Below are positions 19,392 through 30,433 of a stretch of DNA of 64,000 bases, in pieces. This DNA comes from Nannocystis pusilla (lineage in GTDB: Bacteria; Myxococcota_A; Polyangia; Nannocystales; Nannocystaceae). Each line of letters opens with the position of its first letter. Positions within the stretch are counted from its first letter, which is position 1. The position numbers and the translations under genes are program-made. Location of the stretch: positions 1,165,204-1,229,203 of the forward strand of contig NZ_JAPNKE010000002.1 of assembly GCF_026626665.1 (NCBI RefSeq), written 5' to 3'. The notes below the pieces were generated by a model. It saw only the letters and a list, made by a program, of their open reading frames with translations. It was not told the DNA's origin and made no database searches.

Positions 19392-21216
19392 GTGGCGGCT
19401 CGCGTCGATGGCTGGTCTGGCCGGCCTGGCGCTGGCGGGCGCGCTGCTGGCCGCCGGGCGCGGGGCGCTGATCGAGGCGGCGGCGGTGGAGCCGTTCCGC
19501 GTCGAGGTCGCAAGCCCGCACGCGCCGGCGGCCGACGGGCGCTGGGCGGGGCGCGTGGTCCCGCCGGAGCTGGCCGCGCGGGTGGTGGTGCGGGTCGACG
19601 GCGAGATCCGCGGCGGGCCTGAAGGACATGCGCAAAAGGACATGTCCGCGGCGCGCGATGATTCCGGAGGACATGCTCTCGAGGCCATGTCCAGAGTTGC
19701 CGAGGTTGACGGGCATGGCGCCGGGACGAACGGTCGCGGTCCTGAAGGACATGTTTACGAGAACATGTTCGAGGGGACACTTTCGGTCGCGCTGGGCGAC
19801 GCGCCGGGGCTGCGGCTGATCGAGGTCGAGCTGCCGCGGCAGGGGGGTGCGGAGGTGGCGACCGACGCGGCGCTGGTCGGGCCGTTCCGCGCGCGCTACG
19901 ACGACTCGCCGGGCTGCGGCGCGGGGGTGCGGGTGGCGGCGAGGGCGATCGATCGGCTGGTGCTGCCGCCGCTGCGCGACAAGCTGCTGGCGGCGGCGCC
20001 GTCGATCGGGCTGCTCGGGCCGGGGACGACGCTCGAGGAGGCGAGCGTGACGCTGCGGGGCGACGCGCTGTGGTTCCGCGTGGCGCTGGCCGGCGAGCAC
20101 CGGATCGCGGTGTCCGGCGCGCTGGAGGTGCGGGTGGCCGGGCCGCGCCAGCTCGGCGTGCGCCTGGCCTCGCTCGGGCCGGTCGAGTTCACGGGGACGT
20201 TGCGCACGCGAGCGACGCTCGGGGCGGCCGGGCTGGGGGCGATCGTGACGGGGCCGCTGGCGCCGCTCGGGGCGCTGGCCGGCTACGCGCTGGCCGACGG
20301 CTACATCGACCGACGCGCGCGGCAGGAGGTCGAGACGCAGCTGACGGCGGCCCTGGCGGTGGCCAGCGCGATCCCGCTGATCCCCGAGCGCGCCGAGCTG
20401 ATCGTCGGCGAGCCGCGCTCGCGGGCGACGCTGGCGTTCTGCGCGGTGGCCATCGAGTCGGGCGGGATCGCGGCGCACCTGTCCGTACGGCCAGATAAAC
20501 CTGACCCGAAGACCAGCCAGGAGGCGAGCCGGGTGCGCACGCGGCTGGCGGCGATCCCGGGGCCGGCGCGGCACGGGCTCGCGCTGCCGCCGCTGCGGCC
20601 GGTGGCGCCGACGGCCGACGCGGAGGTCGAGCTGAGCCTCGACACGGTCGACGCGCTGCTCGACGCGTGGACCGCCAACGGGCTGCTCGGCGACCTGATG
20701 GGGCGGGCGCAGTGGGTCGAGCGGGTCGACGAGGCGCTCGGCGAGTGGACGACGCTCGGCCTGGCGGAGATCGAGGTGCGGCTGCCGCCGTCGCTGTCCC
20801 CGGGGACAGGTGACGGCTGGGCGCTGACCGTGGCGGGGCTGCGGCTGGGGCTGACCGGCAGCGAGGGCGAGGACCCCGGGGAGGTGCTGGTGGCCGGACG
20901 CGGGTTCGTGCGCCCGCACTACGACGCGCGGCGCGGGCGGCTGGCGCTGGCGGGGACGATCGACCGCCTGCGCCTGTCGTGCGCCCGTGCAGGGGCGCTG
21001 TGGCCGTGCTTCGCCGCGCTGCTCGAGATGGGCGACGTCGAGGCGAGGCTCGATGCGCTGCTGGCTCCCGGCGCCGCGGGGCTGCCGGGGATCGAGGTGC
21101 GGGCGCTGCTGCGCGACGGCACGCGAGCGCTGCGCGACGGGGGGCTGGAGCTGGCCGACCTGGCGATCAGCTACCCGCAGCCGGGCGTGCTGCGCGTGGC
21201 GGCCGAGGTGCGCTGA
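19372..21216 (+). CDS. Hypothetical membrane-anchored protein. The reading frame spans an embedded repeat cluster; the true start may be downstream at about 19762.
   Basis: 614-aa ORF with an N-terminal hydrophobic helix. Residues about 83-143 are encoded by GGACATG-type repeat units. The remainder is Ala/Leu-rich with no recognised domain. Confidence 0.35.
   Translation: MALAEDKWRLASMAGLAGLALAGALLAAGRGALIEAAAVEPFRVEVASPHAPAADGRWAGRVVPPELAARVVVRVDGEIRGGPEGHAQKDMSAARDDSGGHALEAMSRVAEVDGHGAGTNGRGPEGHVYENMFEGTLSVALGDAPGLRLIEVELPRQGGAEVATDAALVGPFRARYDDSPGCGAGVRVAARAIDRLVLPPLRDKLLAAAPSIGLLGPGTTLEEASVTLRGDALWFRVALAGEHRIAVSGALEVRVAGPRQLGVRLASLGPVEFTGTLRTRATLGAAGLGAIVTGPLAPLGALAGYALADGYIDRRARQEVETQLTAALAVASAIPLIPERAELIVGEPRSRATLAFCAVAIESGGIAAHLSVRPDKPDPKTSQEASRVRTRLAAIPGPARHGLALPPLRPVAPTADAEVELSLDTVDALLDAWTANGLLGDLMGRAQWVERVDEALGEWTTLGLAEIEVRLPPSLSPGTGDGWALTVAGLRLGLTGSEGEDPGEVLVAGRGFVRPHYDARRGRLALAGTIDRLRLSCARAGALWPCFAALLEMGDVEARLDALLAPGAAGLPGIEVRALLRDGTRALRDGGLELADLAISYPQPGVLRVAAEVR
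19615..19800. repeat. CATG-palindrome repeat cluster (at least 8 units) lying in-frame inside the ORF 19372..21216
   Basis: Units gaaggacatgcgcaaaaggacatgtcc, ggaggacatgctctcgaggccatgtcc, gggcatggc, gaaggacatgtttacgagaacatgttcgagggg. Confidence 0.65.
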
Positions 21217-21264
21217 GACACGGCGGGGATGCGCGGCCAAAGTGCTGCGGGCGGCGGCCGCGGT

Positions 21265-21325
21265 GCGCCGAGACATGCCTGCCCGAACGGACATGTTCTA
21301 TCGAGCATGCTCGTTCGGACATCCG
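21265..21325. repeat. CATG-palindrome units between convergent genes
   Basis: gagacatgcctgcccgaacggacatgttctatcgagcatgctcgttcggacatcc, with the inverted pair cgaacggacatg...catgctcgttcg. Confidence 0.55.
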
Positions 21326-21334
21326 CTTCGCCGA

Positions 21335-21724
21335 TCAATCTTGCCGGGGCGGATCCTTGCGGTCGAAGCGCTCGCGGGCGCGGGCGATCTCGCCGCGGTG
21401 GTCGCCGGCCCAGGCGGCGAGGGCCTGCACCGGGTCGAGCAGGGTGCGGCCGAGCTCGGTCAGCTCGTAGTCGACGCGCGGCGGGACGGAAGGGGTGACG
21501 GTGCGGGTGACGAGGCCGTCGCGCTCGAGGCCGCGCAGCGTCAGCGTCAGCATGCGCTGCGAGATGCCCTCGATCGATCGTCGCAGCTCGTTGAAGCGCA
21601 GCGGTCGGTCGCTCAGCATGCTGACCACGAGGACGCTCCACTTGTCGCCGACGCGGCTCAGGACGTCGCGCACCGCCACACAGGTCTCTTGCTGATGCAT
21701 GTCGCGGCCTCGGTTCTCTTTCAT
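21335..21724 (-). CDS. HxlR family transcriptional regulator
   Basis: [49 protein letters not shown] is the canonical HxlR winged-helix signature. It is the C-terminal part of a longer spurious ORF. Confidence 0.75.
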   Translation of the reverse strand: MKENRGRDMHQQETCVAVRDVLSRVGDKWSVLVVSMLSDRPLRFNELRRSIEGISQRMLTLTLRGLERDGLVTRTVTPSVPPRVDYELTELGRTLLDPVQALAAWAGDHRGEIARARERFDRKDPPRQD

Positions 21725-21786
21725 AACCCAGGCCGCGAGCCGGATGAAGCCGGTCTCGCGTCTTGCTCGCGGCGAGGGGTGCGCCG

Positions 21787-22125
21787 TCATCGCCGGCCAG
21801 GCTCGCCGCCCGCATGGGAGACACCCGGCTGGCCGGCCGCCAGCAATTCCTGGACTGCGGCCGGGTCGGTGTAAGGGATGGAGGCGCCACAACCGGCGCA
21901 CACGCGCAGGGACATCGGCGCGCGCAGGATGTCCGACTCCGAGGGGCCGCTGAGGAAGCCACGCTCCGGGACGTGGGCGCAGGTCTGGACGGGCCGGGCG
22001 TACCAGCCGTTGGCGCCGTAATCGAGGCTGCGCCACGGCGAGAGGAAGTAGAACTCTCGCCCGTGGCAGATCGAGCACGGGGTGGTGGCGAGCGCGGACG
22101 ACGGCAGGGGCGAGGTGGAGGTCAT
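21787..22125 (-). CDS. Cys-rich small protein, possibly a GFA (glutathione-dependent formaldehyde-activating enzyme / CENP-V-like) zinc-binding domain
   Basis: Motifs [10 protein letters not shown] and [11 protein letters not shown] resemble the second and third Cys clusters of GFA. The first cluster is missing, so the N-terminus may be mis-started. Confidence 0.35.
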   Translation of the reverse strand: MTSTSPLPSSALATTPCSICHGREFYFLSPWRSLDYGANGWYARPVQTCAHVPERGFLSGPSESDILRAPMSLRVCAGCGASIPYTDPAAVQELLAAGQPGVSHAGGEPGRR

Positions 22126-22226
22126 GTCGAGGGAGTATGCCGCGCCGGCGCCGCGGCGGCATCGTGGAGACCGTCGCAGGCGCTCGCTGGTGGGTCGGGA
22201 GCGATCGCGGGGCGGCGCGCTGGTGA

Positions 22227-22292
22227 GCCTGTCCCCGGGGACAGGTGACGGGAGATGTCCTTCGAGACATCTCGGAGGCGGGGAGCCCGTGC
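22227..22292. repeat. Palindrome CTGTCCCCGGGGACAG plus an inverted pair GGAGATGTCCttcgaGACATCTCG
   Basis: Read directly. The 23-mer ctgtccccggggacaggtgacgg is identical to a copy at 20794-20816 inside a CDS. Confidence 0.6.
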
Positions 22293-22303
22293 GGGCGTCG
22301 AGT

Positions 22304-23578
22304 TCAGCGGCGTCGCGGGCGCTTGGGCGCGCTGCCGGGCAGCTCGGCCGCGGCAGCGACTGCGTCGAGGCGGCGGCCGATGTCGCTGATGGTGGCAGGG
22401 GCGACCTCGACCGCCCGCGCTTCGCGAGGCCAGCGCGCGAGGGCGGCCCGCACCTCGTCGACGATCGCCCGCGCGCTCTTCTCGTCGATCGAGGCGCGAC
22501 GGGCCAGGCGCAGCATGTGTTGCCAGGTCGGGCGCCGGCCCTCGCCGTCGAGCGTCATCGTGTGCTCGCCGCCGGGACCGGCGACGAAGTTGAGGTCGTA
22601 GGCGGGCGACAGGCGCCAGCCGCCCTCGCGGTCCATCAGGAAGGAGAAGTTCTTGCCGTGGTCGTCGCGGTTGTGCGCGAGCACGTTGAACACCATCTGG
22701 CGGAAGGCCCGGCGCACGTCGGGCTGCGCGCGCGTGAGGTGCATGGTGGCGCGCAGCAGCATGTCGTAGTCGAGGTTCGGCTCGCGGAAGTCGACGTCGA
22801 GCAGGCCGGCGAGGGTGTGGACGTGGATGCGCGCGCCGGCCTCGTCGCGGTCGAACCGGCGCACGCCGAAGAAGCGCTGACCGCTGCTGGCCACGAACAG
22901 CCGCGTGTCGGGCACCTCGAGCCCCGCGTGGCGCGCGAGGCGGGCGTAGACGTGCTCGATCGCCCCGGCGTCGCGCTGCTCGTCGCCGGCCCAGAATTTG
23001 ATCAGCCACGGCTCGTGCTCGGGCGGCGGCATGGCTGTCCCATAGACCATGCTGTCCCCACGGACAGCCACCAGCACCTTCGGCCGCGCGCCGCCCGGGG
23101 AGCCGCCGGCGTGCTGCAGCACCGGCAAGAGCTCCGACGGGTGGCCGCGATAGACGTCCTCGGCGGCCGCGGCGAGCTTGTCGAGGGCGATCGAGCGATC
23201 GGCGACGGGCTCGGCGTCGGTGCACGGGTGAAAGGTCAGGGCGCCCATGGTGCGCGCGCCGAGGTGCGCCAGGCGATCGAGCGGCGACAGCTGCTCGGGC
23301 ACGAGGCCGCGCTTGCGGAACAGCCGATCCATCAGCAAGAGGCCCCAGCCGTCGGGCAGGGCGTCGGCGAACACGCCGTGCAGGCGCGCGGCGGGAGCTT
23401 TGAAGATGCCTGGCTGAAGGGCCAGCTTGAGCGGCGAGATCGAGGGACCGCGGGCCAACCAGCTCGAAGCGTATTCGAAGTAGATCGTGCGCTCGTGCAG
23501 CAGCAGGTGGCCGACGACCTCGCTGTCGTCGGCGGCGCGCTCGATCCGGACCTCGAGCTTGCGGGTGACCGGATTCAT
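22304..23578 (-). CDS. hipA: HipA family type II toxin (Ser/Thr kinase)
   Basis: HipA N-terminal coupling domain and C-terminal kinase-like core over 424 aa. Overlaps the upstream HTH gene by 4 nt. Confidence 0.8.
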   Translation of the reverse strand: MNPVTRKLEVRIERAADDSEVVGHLLLHERTIYFEYASSWLARGPSISPLKLALQPGIFKAPAARLHGVFADALPDGWGLLLMDRLFRKRGLVPEQLSPLDRLAHLGARTMGALTFHPCTDAEPVADRSIALDKLAAAAEDVYRGHPSELLPVLQHAGGSPGGARPKVLVAVRGDSMVYGTAMPPPEHEPWLIKFWAGDEQRDAGAIEHVYARLARHAGLEVPDTRLFVASSGQRFFGVRRFDRDEAGARIHVHTLAGLLDVDFREPNLDYDMLLRATMHLTRAQPDVRRAFRQMVFNVLAHNRDDHGKNFSFLMDREGGWRLSPAYDLNFVAGPGGEHTMTLDGEGRRPTWQHMLRLARRASIDEKSARAIVDEVRAALARWPREARAVEVAPATISDIGRRLDAVAAAAELPGSAPKRPRRR

Positions 23579-23868
23579 CGCCGGCCTCGCTGGCGCGCCG
23601 GTGCCTGGCTGCGCTGCTCGAGCTCGGCCAGCGAGCGCGCCGGCGGCGGGGCGAACACCGCCTCGAACTGCTCGAGGCAGCCGAGGGCGAGCGCCAGCTT
23701 GAGCAGGTTGTCGAGCGCGATCTGGCCGGTCGTCTCGAAGCGCTTGACGGTGCCGGCGCTGATGCCGGCTCGCTCGGCCAGCGTCTCGCGCTTCCAGTCG
23801 CGGGCGAGTCGCAGCGCCTTCATGCGCCCGGCCAGGCGCTGCGCGACCTCCTCGGCGGTGAACAGCAC
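23575..23868 (-). CDS. hipB: HipB-like XRE-family HTH antitoxin
   Basis: 97 aa with an LRLARDWKRETLAERAGISAGTVKRFE helix-turn-helix. Immediately upstream of hipA in the same orientation. Confidence 0.7.
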   Translation of the reverse strand: MLFTAEEVAQRLAGRMKALRLARDWKRETLAERAGISAGTVKRFETTGQIALDNLLKLALALGCLEQFEAVFAPPPARSLAELEQRSQAPARQRGRR

Positions 23869-23940
23869 AAGGGGTATTATGTGCGCTTTTATGGCGTTCG
23901 CAACGGTATTAAAGATATAATATAGGCTTTTATGTCAGCG
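23869..23940 (-). promoter_or_regulatory. AT-rich promoter/operator island upstream of hipBA, with a direct repeat GCTTTTATG x2
   Basis: About 70 bp at roughly 35% GC in a 72% GC genome. Contains tattatgtgcgcttttatggcg ... ggtattaaagatataatataggcttttatg. Confidence 0.4.
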
Positions 23941-23949
23941 GCGGAGCGC

Positions 23950-23992
23950 GACAAAGCCCGCCGCCTCGAGCGAGGGGGCGGGCTTGGCCCGA
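23950..23992 (-). terminator. Putative stem-loop terminator downstream of pntB
   Basis: AAGCCCGCC...GGCGGGCTT is a perfect 9-bp stem just 3' of the pntB stop. No clear U-tract. Confidence 0.35.
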
Positions 23993-24005
23993 GGGCGATC
24001 GGGGC

Positions 24006-25418
24006 TTAGCCGCGGAGCTTGCCGAGCAGGGCGTCGACGTTCTTCTTGGCGTCGCCGTAGAGCATGCGGGTGTTCTCTTTGTAGAAGAGCGGGTTGTCGA
24101 CGCCGGCGTAGCCGACGCCCTTGCCGCGCTTCATGACGATCACCGTCTTGGCCTTCCACACCTCGATCACGGGCATGCCGGCGATCGGGCTGGAGGGGTC
24201 GTCCTGGGCGCCGGGGTTGACGATGTCGTTGGCGCCGATGACCAGCACGAGGTCCGTGTTCGGGCAGTCGTGGTTGATCTCGTCCATCTCGAGGACGATG
24301 TCGTAGGGCACGTTGGCCTCGGCCAGCAGCACGTTCATGTGGCCGGGCAGGCGGCCCGCGACCGGGTGGATGGCGAAGCGGAAGTTGGCGCCGGCCTTGC
24401 GCAGGATCTTGGCGATCTCGGCGACCGGGTGCTGCGCCTGCGCGACCGCCATGCCGTAGCCGGGGACGACCATGATGTTGCGAGCGGAGCGCATCAGCTC
24501 GACGGTGCCGTCGAGGTCGATCTCGCGGCACTCGCCGACCGGCTGGGCCGCCGCGCCCTTCGGCGCCGGGGCGCCGCCGTCGGAGCCGAAGCCGCCGGCG
24601 ATGACGCTGAGGAACGAGCGGTTCATCGCCCGGCACATGATGTACGAGAGGATCGCGCCGCTGCTGCCGACCAGCGCGCCGGTGACGATCAGGAGGTCGT
24701 TGCTCAGCATGAAGCCGGCGGCCGCGGCGGCCCAGCCGGAGTAGCTGTTGAGCATCGACACCACGACGGGCATGTCGGCGCCGCCGATGGCCATGACCAT
24801 GTGCACGCCGATCACGCTGGCGATGCCGGTCATGATGAGCAGCGGGGTGAGGCCGTGGTGCGGGTCGGCCAGGAACTGCCAGCCGAGGAACACGCAGCCG
24901 AGCACCATCGCCAGGTTGAGCAGGTGGCGGCCGGGCAGGGTCAGCGGCTTGCCGCCGATGCTGCCGCGCAGCTTGAGGAAGGCGATGATCGAGCCGGTGA
25001 AGGTGATCGCGCCGATGAACACGCCGATGTAGACCTCGACGTTGTGCACCGTGTCGGCGTGGCTCGTGGCGCCGAGGTACGACGACAGGCCGACCAGCAC
25101 CGCGGCGGCGCCGACGAAGCTGTGCAGCACCGCGACGAGCTCGGGCATCGCCGTCATGGCGACGCGCGCGGCCAGGACGGCGCCGATCAGCGCCCCGGGG
25201 ACGATGGCGGCGGCGAGGATGGCGAAGCCGCTGCCGCTGATGTTCATCAGCTTGTCGGCGTTCATGCCGATGGCGGTGGCGACCACCGCGAGCAGCATGC
25301 CGATCATGCCGTAGAGGTTGCCGCGCCGGGCGGTGTCCTGGCGCGAGAGGCCGCCGAGGCTGAGGATGAACAGCGCGCTGGCGGCGATGTAGATGACGGT
25401 GAGGAGGCTGAACGACAT
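24006..25418 (-). CDS. pntB: NAD(P) transhydrogenase subunit beta
   Basis: Full-length PntB: N-terminal TM helices plus the C-terminal NADP(H)-binding dIII domain ([20 protein letters not shown]). Confidence 0.9.
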   Translation of the reverse strand: MSFSLLTVIYIAASALFILSLGGLSRQDTARRGNLYGMIGMLLAVVATAIGMNADKLMNISGSGFAILAAAIVPGALIGAVLAARVAMTAMPELVAVLHSFVGAAAVLVGLSSYLGATSHADTVHNVEVYIGVFIGAITFTGSIIAFLKLRGSIGGKPLTLPGRHLLNLAMVLGCVFLGWQFLADPHHGLTPLLIMTGIASVIGVHMVMAIGGADMPVVVSMLNSYSGWAAAAAGFMLSNDLLIVTGALVGSSGAILSYIMCRAMNRSFLSVIAGGFGSDGGAPAPKGAAAQPVGECREIDLDGTVELMRSARNIMVVPGYGMAVAQAQHPVAEIAKILRKAGANFRFAIHPVAGRLPGHMNVLLAEANVPYDIVLEMDEINHDCPNTDLVLVIGANDIVNPGAQDDPSSPIAGMPVIEVWKAKTVIVMKRGKGVGYAGVDNPLFYKENTRMLYGDAKKNVDALLGKLRG

Positions 25419-25436
25419 CGTGGTGGTCCCCGCCGC

Positions 25437-27035
25437 TTACTTGCGGAACATCTTCAGCATGCGCTGGGTGACGAGGAAGCCGCCGGCGACGTTGATCATC
25501 GCCAGCAAGATGGCGGCCGCGCCGAGCAGGGTCGCCGCCGAGGTCGGGGCGCCCGAGATCTGCAGCATGCCGCCGATGATGATGATGCCGCTGATCGCGT
25601 TGGTGACGCTCATCAGCGGGGTGTGCAGCGCGGGCGAGACGCTCCAGACGACCTGGTAGCCGATGAAGCAGGCCAGCACGAACACGGTGAAGTGGCTGAG
25701 GAAGCTCGACTTGTCGTCGACGCCGAGGCCGATGCCGACCAGGGCGAGCCCGGCGAGCACGAGCGGCCACGGGCTCGACTCGCCCGCCGGCGGACCGTGA
25801 CCGTGGCCGTGGCTCTTCGGCGGCGGCGACGAGGGGCGCGGGGGCTCGGGGGCGGCGGCGGCCGGCGCTGCGGGCTTGGGCGCGGCCGGGGCAGCGGCGG
25901 GGGCCTGCGCGGGCGCGGCGGGCCGCGGCGGGGGCCACTTGATCTCGCCCTGGTGGGTGATGAGGCAGCCGCGCACGACCTCGTCGTTCTCGTCGATGCG
26001 GAAGCCGGCGGCCTTGCCCATGTCGTCGAGCAGGTGGCACAGGTTGGTGCCGTAGAGCTGGCTCGACTGCGCGGCCATGCGGCTCGGCAGGTCGGTGTAG
26101 CCGATGATGGTGACGCCGGCGTGGACGACCTTCTCGCCGGGCGAGGTCAGCTCGCAGTTGCCACCTGTCTCGGCGGCCAGGTCGACGATGACCGAGCCGG
26201 GCTTCATGCGCTCGACCATGTCGCGCAAGATCAGCTTGGGCGCCGGCTTGCCGGGGATCAGCGCGGTCGTGACGATGATGTCGACCTCCTCCGCCTGGCG
26301 GCGGAACAGATCCATCTCGGCGGCGATGAAGGCCGGGCTCATCTCCTTGGCGTAACCACCGACGCCGGTGCCGTCCTCGTGGAAGTCGAGCTCGAGGAAC
26401 TCGGCGCCCATGCTCTCGACCTGCTCCTTGACGACGGGGCGAGTGTCGAAGGCGCGGACGATCGCGCCGAGGCCGCGGCCGACGCCGATGACGGCGAGGC
26501 CGGCCACGCCGGCGCCGATGACCAGCAGCTTGGCCGGCGGGACCTTGCCGGCGGCGGTGATCTGGCCGGTGAAGAAGCGGCCGAACACGTTGGCGGCCTC
26601 GATGACGGCGCGGTAGCCGGAGATGTTGCCCATCGACGACAGGGCGTCGAGCTTCTGGGCGCGGGAGATCCGCGGCACCGCGTCCATGCCGAGCACGGTG
26701 ACGCCGCGGCTGCGCAGACGCTCGACGAGGTCGGGGTTCTGCGCCGGCCAGATGAAGCTGATGAGCACCTGGCCCTCGCGCGCGAGGTCGACCTCGAAGC
26801 TGCTCGGCGGGCGGACCTTGAGGACGATGTCGACCTGGCCCCAAAGACCTTCGGCGTCGGCCGCGATCCCGCAACCGACGCTGGCGTAGGCGTCGTCGCC
26901 GAATTCGGCGGCCGCGCCCGCGCCAGACTCGACCACCACGGAGAAGCCCTGGCTCTGCAGGCGCTTGGCGGTGTCAGGGGTGGCAGCCACCCGGCGCTCG
27001 CCCGGGTAGATCTCCTTCGGAATGCCGATCTTCAT
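25437..27035 (-). CDS. pntA: NAD(P) transhydrogenase subunit alpha (dI plus fused dII TM part)
   Basis: [17 protein letters not shown] start (ATG at 27035 confirmed), a GAGVAG Rossmann motif and a C-terminal 4-TM segment. The track start at 27053 is a TTG. Confidence 0.9.
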   Translation of the reverse strand: MKIGIPKEIYPGERRVAATPDTAKRLQSQGFSVVVESGAGAAAEFGDDAYASVGCGIAADAEGLWGQVDIVLKVRPPSSFEVDLAREGQVLISFIWPAQNPDLVERLRSRGVTVLGMDAVPRISRAQKLDALSSMGNISGYRAVIEAANVFGRFFTGQITAAGKVPPAKLLVIGAGVAGLAVIGVGRGLGAIVRAFDTRPVVKEQVESMGAEFLELDFHEDGTGVGGYAKEMSPAFIAAEMDLFRRQAEEVDIIVTTALIPGKPAPKLILRDMVERMKPGSVIVDLAAETGGNCELTSPGEKVVHAGVTIIGYTDLPSRMAAQSSQLYGTNLCHLLDDMGKAAGFRIDENDEVVRGCLITHQGEIKWPPPRPAAPAQAPAAAPAAPKPAAPAAAAPEPPRPSSPPPKSHGHGHGPPAGESSPWPLVLAGLALVGIGLGVDDKSSFLSHFTVFVLACFIGYQVVWSVSPALHTPLMSVTNAISGIIIIGGMLQISGAPTSAATLLGAAAILLAMINVAGGFLVTQRMLKMFRK

Positions 27036-27231
27036 AGCTTTGAAGGCGTGCAAGGCGGACCTGGCGAGGCCGCGGCAGCCGGCCCGAGAGATATCACGAG
27101 GTCGTTCGCGGCTCTAGCCGTTTCCTCGCGGGATCCGGCAAATCGAGCCGCGCGGCGCCCGGCCGCAGGCGTGTGAGCTTGAGCGGGCCTTGGGGCGCAC
27201 GACCTCGCCTCGGCGGGCGCTAGCCTCGGCC

Positions 27232-27720
27232 ATGGCCGAGCCCCTGACCCACTTCGACCCCTCCGGGGCGGCGCGCATGGTCGCCGTGACCGACAAGCCC
27301 GAGACGGCGCGCGCCGCGGTGGCCGAGGCCCGCGTGCGCATGGCCCCGGCCACGCTCGAGCGGATCCGCGAGGGCCAGATCGGCAAGGGCGACGTGCTGG
27401 CGGTGGCCCGCCTGGCCGCGATCGCGGGCGCGAAGCAGACGCCGCAGCTCATCCCGCTGTGCCATCCGGTGCGGCTGACCGGGATCGACGTCGACTTCGC
27501 GCTCGAGCCCGACCTCCCCGGCGTCCGCGCCACGGTCCGCGTCACCGCCGTCGACCGCACCGGCCCGGAGATGGAGGCGATGACGGCGGCGGCCGCCGCG
27601 GCGCTGACGATCTACGACATGTGCAAGGCGATCGACCGGGCGATGGCGATCGAGTCGGTCTACCTGGTCGAAAAGTCAGGCGGGAAGTCGGGCGTGTGGA
27701 CCCGCGGGAGCGCGCCGTGA
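27232..27720 (+). CDS. moaC: Cyclic pyranopterin monophosphate synthase MoaC
   Basis: [10 protein letters not shown]..., [18 protein letters not shown] and LIPLCHP are canonical MoaC motifs. Confidence 0.85.
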   Translation: MAEPLTHFDPSGAARMVAVTDKPETARAAVAEARVRMAPATLERIREGQIGKGDVLAVARLAAIAGAKQTPQLIPLCHPVRLTGIDVDFALEPDLPGVRATVRVTAVDRTGPEMEAMTAAAAAALTIYDMCKAIDRAMAIESVYLVEKSGGKSGVWTRGSAP

Positions 27721-28325
27721 GCGAGCCGCGAGTCGAGCCCTTCGCCGGCGCGGCGGGCGAGCTGCGCGGGCTGCTCGGGCGGGCGTTCTGCGACAACCCC
27801 GGGATGGTCGCCACGCTCGGCGACGAGCGCCCGCGGCGGCTGGCGCGGGCGACCCGGTTGATGGGCGGGCTGTCCGGCATGGCGCTGGCGAGCGGCACCG
27901 TCGAGGTGGTCCGCGCGGGCGGCCAGGTGGCGGCGACGAGCCTGTCCTATGGGCCAGATCAGAAGCCGCGCGGGCGAGCGCTGCTGCCGATGTACCTCGC
28001 GGGCCTCAGCACCGGCCCGCGCGCGCTGGTCCGGCTGCTGCGGCTCGACGAGTTCCTGCGCACGCACCATCCGCGCGCGCCGCACTTCTTCCTCGCGGTG
28101 CTGGGGGTCGAGCCCGAGATGCAGGGGCGCCAGCTCGGCTCGGCGCTGCTGCGCGCGCTGTCGGCCCGCGCCGACGCTGCCGGGCTGCCGTGCTACCTCG
28201 AGACCGACCGCGAGCCGGCCAAGCGCCTTTACATGCGCCACGGCTACGAGGTCGTCGGCGAGCACGACCTGACGAACCTCGGCGGCGTGCGGTTCTGGCG
28301 GATGGAGCGGCCGCCGCGTCGGTGA
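27717..28325 (+). CDS. GNAT family N-acetyltransferase
   Basis: The GTG start overlaps the moaC stop. An acetyl-CoA-binding pattern is present ([13 protein letters not shown]...[10 protein letters not shown]). Confidence 0.55.
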   Translation: MSEPRVEPFAGAAGELRGLLGRAFCDNPGMVATLGDERPRRLARATRLMGGLSGMALASGTVEVVRAGGQVAATSLSYGPDQKPRGRALLPMYLAGLSTGPRALVRLLRLDEFLRTHHPRAPHFFLAVLGVEPEMQGRQLGSALLRALSARADAAGLPCYLETDREPAKRLYMRHGYEVVGEHDLTNLGGVRFWRMERPPRR

Positions 28326-28389
28326 TCGCCGGCGCTCGCCGCAATCCCTCGCAGGTGATCGGGGCGCGCCGACGCGGCGATGAAGCCGG

Positions 28390-30249
<1,860 letters not shown>

Positions 30250-30433
30250 GATGATTTCTCCTGGCGAGAGGGGGCCGTGAGAGGGAGTACCCGAGCCGGC
30301 CCCGATTGAGTCCCCGGAGGGCCTTCGAGGCAGCTCGGGCCGCGCGAGGCGCGAGCGAGCCCATACGCGCGAAGGGGGCCTCGCGCTTCCGCGGGGCCCC
30401 CTTTGGGGTATCACGAGCCGCCGCGGCGGTCGA

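Noticed and set aside
19615-19800. Hairpin clusters as a possible CRISPR array
   Set aside because: The units alternate in orientation, are 10-15 nt and not 28-37 nt, and are separated by 4-6 nt loops, not unique spacers of constant length. No cas genes are present in the window.
30250-30433. Possible glmS ribozyme or riboswitch upstream of glmS
   Set aside because: The leader is short and GC-rich, with no conserved glmS ribozyme core. That element is also restricted mainly to Firmicutes.
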